Source: Marsupella aquatica (Eukaryota; Plantae; Marchantiophyta). From it: a DNA stretch of 64,000 nucleotides. Below, one piece after another: positions 50,135-60,899 of this stretch (within the stretch, counting starts at the first letter, position 1; the number at the start of each line of letters is the position of its first letter). Both the position numbers and the translations under genes were made by a program. The stretch is taken from assembly GCA_973895155.1 (NCBI GenBank), contig OZ316891.1, forward strand, positions 21,899,168-21,963,167, given 5' to 3'. The notes beneath the pieces are model-generated. The model worked only from the letters and a program-made list of their open reading frames with translations, was not told the origin of the DNA and made no database searches.

Positions 50135-53100
50135 TCACACTTGGTCACCTTCAATGTCCTCTACATCTGACACAAAAATAGTGTCTGGCTTGTCTGAAAC
50201 AATGGAACGAGACCGTGGCACATATGTGATGACAAGTGACCACTCTGGGTCTAAGGGGTATGGAACGTAGAAACATTGCTCCAAGTGAGATGGGAAAGTA
50301 AATGGCTCTGACGTTTGCCAATGAGATGCTTGAAAACTAGTGGCACTTGTCCTCAACCGTGTAAACCCACTCTCATCTTGGAGTACAGTGCGATTATTAC
50401 CAACAAGGTTCACTTTGAACCACTTGCACTTGAAGACATACTCCTCAAACTTAGATTGGTTGTCATATGAGACCACCAAAATCTCCTCTATCTTCCCATA
50501 GTGTGGCACAACATCACGAACAATATTCCTGTCATGTCGGCTACTCCGGGAGTCCTGACAAAACTGCCCTTGAACTCCACAATCAAAAGTACGAGCCCTC
50601 TTCTGATCAAGGGAAGAAATCCTGAAATTAACAAGACCCATATATTGTTACTACTACACAAAAAACACTAATCATGTTATGAGGAACCTTTCATACCAAA
50701 AGAGAAAAACACACTTATCTAAGTAAAAGGATTACTATATCTTAAGTAGTAGTACATGAATATGGAAAACAAGGTTAGGAACTAGTGAAACCTGAAGTGT
50801 CTCCCTTGGGTCCACATGGCCGTCTTGGATGTTACCACTCTCAAAGGGCCATGAACAATGGTCCGAATGTCATTTGTCATAGTAGGAAACTGTGAGACAT
50901 CTCCTCCTTGTGCCAAAATGCAATCCAACTCAACCAACTTTTCCTTCATAAACTCATGCAACTTAGGAAAAATCCTTGCCCTTTGACTCATTCTTTTGGC
51001 ATTGTCATAAAACTCCCTCCATTCATCCATGACATTGCTATTACTCAACATGAATGTATTCAACTGTGTCCACTCTGTTGATGTAAGCATGCATGTTTTT
51101 GTTGCTCCTGTTAAACGGTCCTCCTCCTCTTGCCTCTCCTCCATCCAAGTACGTGGTAAAGTCCGATCAATGGTGGCCAAGATGTTACTACAATAAAACA
51201 TGCTCTCTGCAGCCAAGTATCCTGTAGCTATGCTTCCCTCCACTCGTGCACGATTACGTACATAAGCCTTCAAGACTGACATGTAACGCTCAAGCCAGTA
51301 CATCCATCGACAATGAACTGGACCAGCAATGGCAACCTCCCTCACAAGATGCACAAGTAAATGAACCTGACAATCAAAGAAGGAAGGAGGGAGGGCCTTC
51401 TCCAACTTGCAAACCACCTCAGCAGCCAATACCTCCATTCTAGGAATCTCTTCCACATATATCTCCTTTGAGCATATCCATCTCAACAAACGACCCAATG
51501 ACCAAATGGCATCTTGCACTTCTTTGGTCCCCAACCCTATAATTGCCACTGGCAATATATGCTGCAATAAGCGGTGATAGTCATGTGTCTTGAGATACCG
51601 TGGCCATTTGTGATTGTCCTCCATCCCAAAAGCTTTCCTCAAATTGGCACCATAGCCTGTAGGAAACCGCATCTCCCCTATACGATTCCGGAATTCACGT
51701 CTTTGGCCAACACTAAGCACCCAAGGAGTAGAAGGACGATGTTCCAAACCTGTGGCAGGATCAACTTGTACCCATACATCTGGATGCATTTCCAACTCTT
51801 CACATGCCTCCCTGAAGTTAGTGTCCTTCTCCCCATAAAAATGAGCTATCAACGCCTTCCCCACATTTCCCTCTATGTGCATGGGGTCTAAAAGATGGCG
51901 GATCTTCAACTCTGACCAATAGGGCAAACTGGCTAGTATACTCCACCTCGTCAACCCAGTACCATCAAAGGTGAGGGGATCATCAGGGTCTGCCACCCTA
52001 TCAGCTAGTGACTTCCAATGCCCAAAAGTTGTTGGTTCCGGAATTTCCCGCATATCACCAAGGGGCATGTCAAAGGAGGAAAATAAAAGTGGGTCAGACC
52101 TCATCTCATGCCCCATCGGAAGAAACTTTGTATGCCCAATGTAAACAATCTTCCTAAGCCATGGGGACCAAATTGCCATATCTTGCAATTGTGGACCACA
52201 GGTGGAGCAAGCTTTGTACCCCTGAGTTTGCAATCCAGAGACAAAGCCAAACCCTGGTTACACCAAAAATAAAACCAGACTAAATGTTAGGGTTGTCACA
52301 TGACAAACAAGTATATTAAAGAGCATATCAAAGAAGGGTGGCATATGGTCAAAAAGTCATCTTACCAGGATAGTCATGCATTGTCCAACAAACTACCCCT
52401 CTCAATTTAAATACACGTGGAATGCCTCCTGTATTTTTCCTGCCATCATATGCCCACACTCCACCCCATAGTTTTTGGAGTTCTCCAATCAATAGTGCCA
52501 AATAAGTGTCAAAGTTCTTCACCTTTTTTGGACCTGGAATAATCAAAGACAGCAAGAGGAACCCCTTCTTCATGGATAGCCATGGTGGAAGGTTGTAATT
52601 CATCACAACCACAGGCCAAACTGATGTAGGTCTTCCCTTGCCTCCAAGGGCATGAGGACTAACCCCATCAGATGCCAATCCCAACCTCACATGACGAGGA
52701 TCATGTGCAAAGTCTGGCCATGTTTCCTCAATATGTTTGACTGCAGGAGAGTCAATTGGCAACCGCATAACACCAGGCTCTGATCGATGAGTCTTATGCC
52801 ATACCATCAACTCTGCCAAATCAGAACACCTGTACATGTGCAACAACCGAGGAATGATGGGAAACCAACGAACAGCTTTTCTTGGCACCTTCTTTGTAAT
52901 CATGTTGGGGTCATACCGTGGCTCATGACATTCAGTACAATGTGTCTTCTTCTCATCGGCCCCATGAAATAACATGCAATCATTCACACATGCATGAATG
53001 ATATGATATTCCATGCCAATTGATGAGAGAACACGCTTGGCCTCCTTCCAAGTTCCTGGCAACACATTGCCAGAAGGTAACATAAGGTCATGGCAAAGTG

Positions 53101-54849
53101 CAAACATATCAGATAACAAGGCATTGCTTGCCTTGTGTTTGGCCTGTAGATTCATCAACCCCAAGATAGCAGAAAGACGACTCAAACGAGCACCCTCATA
53201 GATAGGAGTTCGGGCATGTTCCTCTGCTTCCTCCCATTGGCGCTGTCCCTCGGGGGTATGTCTTGGTCGTGGATCATTGGGGGGCACATGACCTCCTTGA
53301 TCAGCAGACACCTCAGCATCATCACCAGGGACGTCAACACCAAACCAATCAACCATAAAATCATCCATGGCTCTATCTTGGTCATCAATAACCTGTTCAT
53401 ATGTTCTGGGTACATTGCGATCAGGGTTGTTGCTTCCACTATCACTTGATGAGGAATGTGACTCAGAGCCTTGTCCTTCTTTCGGCATACCCATTTCCCG
53501 ATATGCTGCTCTCAATCTCCGCGGTAACATATTTTGAGAGGGTCGCACATTCTAAAAACAATGCAAACAATTGAAAGTTACAAAGCAAATAGTTACAACA
53601 TGTAGAAGAATATATGGGGGTGTGCAAACATGAAATGATATCGGTACTAGTGTAAATACAAAATGTGGCCAAACACCATGTGTATGGTCATTTTCTAATC
53701 CCACACATAGTGAGTAAACAACTCATCACCTGAGTGAATGGTCCTAGTAGCTACAACCAGACAATGGTGAGTCATGATGATATGTCTGGCCATAAGGGGC
53801 TGGTGGAGGACCCTCAATGAAAACCCACTCACAATTTTGCCTACGCTTGGGGCGAGTCCCCACAGTACTATTTATGAAACCAGCTATATTCCCAGTTCGT
53901 ATGGGGTCCCCATCTATCACCCGCTGCTCACTATACCTCCTAGTGTTTCCATCAAAAGTATCTAACTCCAAGGCATAAGTCTTCCACTCAGGATGTTGTG
54001 CAAGGATCATGTTCCAATGTCTTCTCTTGTAGATGGGTCCACCATAAGGAAACAACGTAGGTCCTTCTCGACCGCGTCCACCACTACCACTCTCGGTATC
54101 CACAATGATGTCTTCACAAGCAAAAACTCCATAGCCATGTCTATCCCCAAGTGTGGAAGGTTTGATAACCCAACGTCTTCCCCAAACCTCTACCTCCTCA
54201 CCATAGGAAAGCTCTTGTGGCAAACCAAGAGTCTGGGGATCCCAGTCCTTGATGATAGGAACACATCTGCCAGTAAACTCACAATCACCCCACCTACCGG
54301 TAACCACTGCCTTGTACAAATCAGTATCCCCTCGGGGCCGTCTCTTGGAACGCTTTCTCCCTCTTGGGACAACAGGCTCACCCCCAACTGCCCTAGGACT
54401 GGAGGGGGCTGTTGCTAGACCCAAGGCTTGTGAGAATGCATTGCCTATAGCATCTAGAACACCTTGTGATGGGACATAAGGTGCTGATGCCGCAGGTCTA
54501 GGCCTACTAGATACCTATTCCACCCAAACCAAAACAAACAACAAGAGGTGTGAAATTAAAAACCTTCACCATTGCGATGTGGAAATAGGGTAGAAACTAA
54601 GGCGTAAACACTTACCACATGGGATGAGGAAGCCCCTGTTGTATGACGTCCGTAACGTCCATATCTCTCAATATGCTGGGTGCATATATAGAACTTTTGG
54701 GAAACCTGACCCACGCATTTGGCACATTGGCAAAGCTGACGGGGTGGACCACGAGGAGGAGGTGCAGTCGTGTGAGGTTGAGGAGGAGGTGGTATATCTT
54801 CATTGGAGGAGGAAGAATCTGTGGTGGAGATCTCAGAAGATGAAGACAT
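50135..54849 (-). CDS. CACTA TnpD transposase; exons 54849-54616, 53551-52366, 52253-50792, 50621-50135
   Basis: CQCAKC...HIERYG transposase-associated domain; IHACVNDC, RLGLASDG, YNLPPW, WTMHDYPG, LDPMHIEGNV, LKTHDYH, FFDCQVHLLVHL, WMYWLER, FKCKWF, EPF. All splice phases are compatible and there are no stops. Confidence 0.9.
53695..54514 (-). pseudogene. SET-domain exon within intron 1 of tnpD (one 1-bp frameshift near 53770)
   Basis: IKPS..G..GYGVFACEDI, FPYGG, YAL, IDG...GNIAGFINS, NCEW; after the frameshift, LVVATRTIHSGDELFTHY..stop at 53695. Phase-0 AG acceptor at 54515. Confidence 0.8.
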
Positions 54850-56105
54850 TGCCCCTACAAAGATGTATAATTTTCAAGTTAGGGGTTATTACCAAATAAC
54901 ATCACAATATCAAGCTGGACAAATGTAAGTTCTCAAGTAATGATGACATGAAACCAAACACAAAAGGAACACTAAAAAATACCTTTATGAGACCCAGGCT
55001 CAGCGGTGCCAATAGGTCTTGTGGCTCTAAAATAATGAACCAAATCTGGAAGTATGAGAAAAGCTGCAAGTACACAAAGCGAACACCTTACATACATGTC
55101 CTCTTTATAGATAGTGGGAACCAAAAATTTTAATTACATGAATAAGCCTAACTAGACCCATCTATTTTAGTCCGTACCTCCAAATGCCCGGGCTCTCACG
55201 ATGCATACGCATTAGCTAGTATCAATTCATGCAAAAGTGCCGCACCCTGCAAGTTGTCATAGCTCCTCCTCCTTTGTTAGCATAAAACCCATGGAAAAAC
55301 CATTAAAACCCAAAAGATCCATAAAACCCATGGTAAAACAACTAAAACATTAATCTCATCTAACCTTGCTTTGCCTTTTCCAAACCCTCACCCCCAAACC
55401 TCTGACCTATTACAAAAACCTAGACCCTCACTCCCAATCCCCTTCCTCTCTTTTGTTTTAAACCCTAAACCCTTGCTTGAACCCTAAAAGCCTACAACCA
55501 TAAATGCAAACCCTGCTTAAACCTTCCGTCTTTAATTTTGGGTTTAAACCTTCCGTCTTTAACTCCTTCCGTCTTTGGGTTTTGGAAGACTGGTAATCTC
55601 GCTTTTAACCCCTAAAAAAACCAGCTTCATCCAAGACCCAACCCTAACAAACGCCGGGATTTGAAACGGCGGAATTTCTTAATTACACAAAAGGGCATAG
55701 TATAACTTACATGGCCTAAACAAAAGGAGGAGGGAAAGAATGTGAAAATGTTTTTTGCCAGGAATTGCCACGATATTGAGAACCGACCTGCTTCAGAATT
55801 TGGTCACATTATTTGCGAAGCAAAATGTTTTGCAACAGCTTCGGAAAAACAAAGCCCAAGAGCATTTTTTTGCGTCTCTGCAGCTTTGCGAAGGCTTTGC
55901 GAAGCGTGTGGTTTTGCATTGGTTTTGGAAAGTTGAGATACTAGTTGCGAAGCGGGCTGATTCGCAAATTGCGATGTGGACTGAGTTGCAAATGTGTTTT
56001 GTCTGGGCATTCGGACCTTCCCGCCGGGTTACGAGGCCCATTCGACATTTTTTGAAGTGAGGGAGGGCAGGAGGAGAGCTTGCGCGCGCTTGGTGTTGGA
56101 TAGCT

Positions 56106-56498
56106 ATGGATTCTAGTGGAGGGCGTGGAGGGGATGGGGTAGGGGCAAGTGGGAGTGGGAGTGGCAATGGCAATGGAGGGAACAGGAATGAGGAGAGTAA
56201 TCAATGGATGAATTTGATGGCCGAGCATCTCAATGCCACACAGCTAAGCCATTTGGATTTGAGTACACCAGTTGGGATTGCTTCTTTGAGTGCAATTCTA
56301 GGGCAAGCTTTGCAAACCGGGGTTGCAGCAGGGCAGGCTCAGAGGGAGAAAGAGGCAAAGGCTGCAGCTGAGGAGAGGCAAAGGCTGCAGCTGAGGAGAA
56401 GGCCAGAGAGAAGAAACGAAAGAAGGAGGAGAGGGCTAAGGCAGGAGTACTCTCTCCTACAGCCCTCGAAAAGAAGAGGAGAAGGGAGGAACGAGATG
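56106..56498 (+). pseudogene. 5' part of a divergently transcribed CACTA ORF (TnpA-like position), truncated
   Basis: ATG ORF facing away from tnpD; a 23-bp tandem duplication (56352-56397) shifts the frame; cut by unit X. Confidence 0.45.
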
Positions 56499-59400
56499 AG
56501 GTAGCACTGGTTAATTGCGAAAGGACAGCCATCACCAGGGATTCTAGCTACAACGAGCTGCGAGACTACATCACCGAACTATATCTCAGCGAGGAAGGGC
56601 TTAGATCGGTAGTAGAGGCGATTCTTGAGGTTCCAGCGAAGTTCTTTAAGCTGAAGGGCAACCAGCGGCTTACTCAAGCGGAGTTTGACAAGATTCCGGG
56701 GTACCTAGACCAGCAGATCGCAGCCGAAAAGCGCCAGGAAGACATCAGCAGACAACGGGAAGCGGTGCGTAATCTCACATTCCTCGGGGAAAGCTCCAAC
56801 GCCTTCAACTGGGATATGGCTACCCTGATACCACTAGTGCCTCAACCGACGACCACCGGAGTACCACCGAACCAGTCCCAAGTCCGTCCAGTAAACAACA
56901 CGGAGTGTTCTTCGGGTTCCGAGCGAGCTAGTCCACAACTCGAACAGCGTCCTCGTAAGCGGCCAAGGACTACGACGGCCCCCGAATCAACACGGACCGA
57001 CACCGCGCCTGTGCCCGCCCCGGCAAACCCCCCGACCAACCAGACCCGACGGCCCCCGGATAACCCGAAGTCCAACTTATTACAGGTAATCCGCGTCCCC
57101 GAGGTAGTCTGGATCGCGATCAAGAAACTTGAACATGCGGACTATCTCAAGGAGCATCAGTTGGAGCGGTTCGCCCACTTGCTATGGAGGCCGTGCGCCA
57201 CCGGGCCGAAGGAGATTTATGAGTTCATCTCCAATTTTGACACTGACGCGTCAACCACCAAGGTTTCGGGGCAGGCCTTATCACTCACGGAGCATCGGTT
57301 AACGCAAATCTTCTGCCTACCAACCGGGCCGGTGCCGGTGGAAATCCAAATTTGGGATAAGGAGTATACGCCGCGACACTTCAAACCCGAGGGTAAGACG
57401 GACAACGGATACAAGAAAGGGGCGTGCACCAACTTAACTTGTATGGAGCTCGGGGGGGTCACTATATGGAGGGTCATACATCGCGTGCGACGTTTTAGGG
57501 TTTGACCCCCCTAACTTTAAAGTGAAAAATATTTTTTTGCAAAGCCCTTTCTTTCTTAAAATTTTGTCATTTTTTATTAAAAAACCCCTAAAAACTTTAT
57601 AGAAAGTATTTTTTGCAATTAAATAGGCCTATGTGTTCTTTAAAGTCGACCAATCAATAAAACATGCCCTATGTGTTCTTCCACCAAGCTTTGGAAGTCT
57701 TCCGCCACACCCATTTAAATGGGCCTATACTTCGTCGCACGTGATGTGTCACTTCCGTGGAAGTGACCCCCCCGAGGTATGGAGCGGCTTAACTTCATAC
57801 GGACTACCCTACACATGATTGAGCCACGATCCGAGATTTCCCTCTGCACGATCGTGCAGGTAGAACAGTACAAACGACGAAACTGGGCCCAGTTCTTCTA
57901 CCAAAGATTCTCGAGGGAGCTGAAGCGGGCTCAGGGTGGTATGGCTATTGGGGGGAAGACTTACTTGGGAAGTCATATCGCCATTATCCTCACCTGGTAC
58001 AAGGCACGACGGGAGGCCAGAGGAAAGAATATGGCCACCTCAGCCCCGGGTAATGTCACCCCCGCCCCAAAGGAGGCAACCCCGACTACGCGGACTACCG
58101 TCCCTCCGGCAAACCCCAAGCCGGAAGCCCCGACTAATACTCCGCCACCGCCCCCTATGGAAATTCCACCGCCCCCTTCCGTCGAGCCTCCGCTACCCGC
58201 AGTACAACCACCCCCAATCCCTCCACCACCTGAAGAGACCTTCCCCTCCCCAGCGCTGACTACGGAGGAGCTCATTGCCCCTGCCGAGGAACCACCGGTA
58301 CCCGAGAGGATGGAGGACTACCAAGTAGCCCCGGGGACCATGGCCTACGACCTGGTCCAGAAGTTTAGCCAGACTATGTCTGGGGAGCTGGCGACGTACA
58401 TCGGACAACAAGTCTCGGTGTACTTTCAACCAGCCTTCTTCATGTTAGAGCACCAACCACGGATCGTAAGCCGCCTGGAAGAAGAACTCATGGCGAAGGG
58501 GAATGAGATCAGGCGCCTCCAGATGTTGGTAGAGCACCTCGAGGAGGAGGCAACAACCTGACGTGAGGAGTTAGTCTGCACCATCGAATAGAGGGACAGA
58601 CTAAACCAGGAGTTAAGCGGAGCGCAGGTCGAACTCAAGAAGCTGGATGACACTGTGCTTCAATTACGCTCAAAATCTTCGGCTCGGGTTACCAGCCTGA
58701 CCGACCTCAACAAACAATTCTTGCAGGCAGCACAGCAGGTGGCTAGTCTCTCCGCCGAACGAGATAAATTGCTAGCGCAGGACCAGGTCCATCGCGACGC
58801 CATCGACCAGCTCAACTTGGAGGTAGTGCGGCTCCAGACCGAGGCCGATGAAGCTACAAACGAGGCGGAGGAAGCAGTACGGGACAACAAGGCTTTGCAG
58901 GACCGCATTACCCTGCTCATCCTCCAGCGGGGAAAACCTGGGCCCACCTCTGATCAAGGCGGCTCAAGGTCTCGTCCCGACAAGGGGACCAGCCCTAGTC
59001 CAACCACTGCACACACGTAAGGGGTAGTTAGCGAAGGGTGGAAGCAAGCGCCGCGCGAGGCAGTTAAGTCAGCGGCATCTTTTGGTTAGGCGTAACGACA
59101 GAATGATGTCATTAGGCGCCGATTAGCGGCAGTAAGAAGAATTAGGGCTGGATCAGTTAGGATTAGCCAACGTAGGATGGAGTCCATCAGCGGACTAGAA
59201 TTTGTCAGTAGGATTGGCCGCTGCCATCCCGGTCAGCACCTTGTCGTCGACGGTCAACCAGCTAGTCAGTAGGTAGTAGTCAGTAGGTAGTAGTCAGTAG
59301 GTAGTATCCCAGAAGGCAGTATCCTTTGGCTCTCCTCCGCGATTGTAGTATTTAGGCTTCCCCTTCCACTAAGGAAGGGGAGAAGGCTTAGTTATCTCAG

Positions 59401-59996
59401 CAGAGGGAAGGTGAGGCACGGGGAGTCCCGGCCTGAGCAGGGTCAGAGTGCACCAAGGAGTGAGAGCCAGAGTCGAGCTTGCTGGGCAAGTGCGAGGCAG
59501 GGCCTCGTAGAGACTAGGCATCGACTGCCGTTGGGCATGCTGACCCCCTTTGAAGTCGAGTCAACCATGTAAACTGATGCTTCGTTGAGTAAATGTAGTC
59601 TTTTCCCCCTAATGTTTCTGCAAGTAACTGGTGTTGTGTGTATGCTTTGTCTGGGTAAAGGCGCCATTTTAAGGGACGTACCGGGTGCGGACTAATGGTA
59701 GGGATTGCCACTCATTGTATGTCACAAGGTCCTGTCGTGTCGATGGCTTGAAAGGCCCCAAGCCGGGAGTTAGTCCGAGTCACTAACTGAGGGAATATTC
59801 CAGCGGTGGAAAACAAATATACCTATGACTAGTACGAATTATTCAGGTGTTATACCGGTAAGTATATCGACTTAGCCCGACTTAGGGCTAATTGAGGTCA
59901 CTACACACCTCCTTGCCCGAACCCTCACCCTTACTGGTGGTCGAGGTCGCACCATGGCACTAAACTGGATTTAAGGCCCAGGTTAGCGGCGCGACA
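56499..59996 (+). mobile_element. Unit X copy 3 (ORF on plus strand), missing its first ~660 bp
   Basis: Reverse-complement match to 1030-4185; ends GGCGCGACA at 59996; ORFs 56765..59020 match copies 1 and 2. Confidence 0.88.
57449..57776. mobile_element. MITE, CTCGGGGG-TIR family, 8-bp TSD
   Basis: TSD gtatggag (57441-57448, 57777-57784); TIR ctcgggggggtcact / agtgacccccccgag; related to 13458-13755 in opposite orientation. Confidence 0.9.
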
Positions 59997-60744
59997 CCTT
60001 GTCTCTCTTTATGTGCAATAGAGACCACAGTGGAGAGTTAAGAAGAAGATAACATCTAATGTCACTTGCATGGGATAGTTTCTCAAGACAAGGCCAAAGA
60101 ATTGTTAGAAGAAAATTATCTCCACCATTGGCATGCGTGTAGGGCACTGGAAATAGTCCGGTCATGCTTGGGTTGGCAAATGCCTTAAGGGGGGAGTCAT
60201 CCACAAGGAGGGTGTTGGTTTCATCATATAGATTTCCAAATCCACTCCATACCACCCGAAAATCCTTCAGTAGCACATTTGCCTTTCCGTTTGTAATGTC
60301 ACACCTTTGAATGCCTGTGTCAAAGGCTTCCACCTGTGTGAATACAAACTTAAGTTTCAACCGCTCCTCAGCAGTGAACATCATGTTCAGCATTTTCACT
60401 GTTCGATGTACCCCAGCACATGTCCAAATTGCAACGTCAAATCGGTCAAAAACCAACTTTAGAAACTCATGGAGCCCTGGCCTTTCTGTGTACATGCGAC
60501 TAATTCCATTTTTTCTATCCCAATGCACTCCAGTTGGGGTCACAACATTTCTGGATTTGCCCTTGCTTTGGAATTCAACTGAATCCCAAAGTATTTTGTT
60601 AAGATCCAAAATCAGCAATTTGCGCTTGATGGAACAAAGTCTTGGTTCTGCAAGTGCAACAAATACCAATCTTAGAGAAAAAACCACATTTGAAGTTTGG
60701 ATAGAGATCATCTCTGTCAACCCAACACAAGTGGCCAACCACAA
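59997..60744 (-). CDS. NIF/FCP1-like HAD phosphatase-domain protein, C-terminus cut by unit X
   Basis: KLLILDLNKIL, ERPGLHEFL, FDVAIWT, LLKDF..VW, NTLLVDDSP.K...NP. The 5' start is uncertain (probably spliced). Confidence 0.8.
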
Positions 60745-60899
60745 AGAAAATATATCTGCATACTGATCGTATTCATTGAGAAATCGTAAAGAGGAGATGG
60801 ATATTGATACTGATGCTCTAATTGTTAAACTTGAAGTATAATTATACAGACTATATTATATCAAATTGATAAGGTCACATTGCTCAATCTAGACCTTGG

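Larger units (their letters stand above)
49235..56498 (-). mobile_element. CACTA (En/Spm) transposon; left TIR present, other end lost
   Basis: CACTACAA at 49235 followed by many TTTGCGA/TCGCAAA subterminal motifs; TnpD gene inside; abuts unit X copy 3 at ~56499. Confidence 0.85.

Noticed and set aside
53695-53760. Direct SET-TnpD fusion via a GT donor in ...cactcag|gtgatg
   Set aside because: That splice would remove the ELxxxY motif, and the SET frame has its own stop, so alternative terminal exons fit better.
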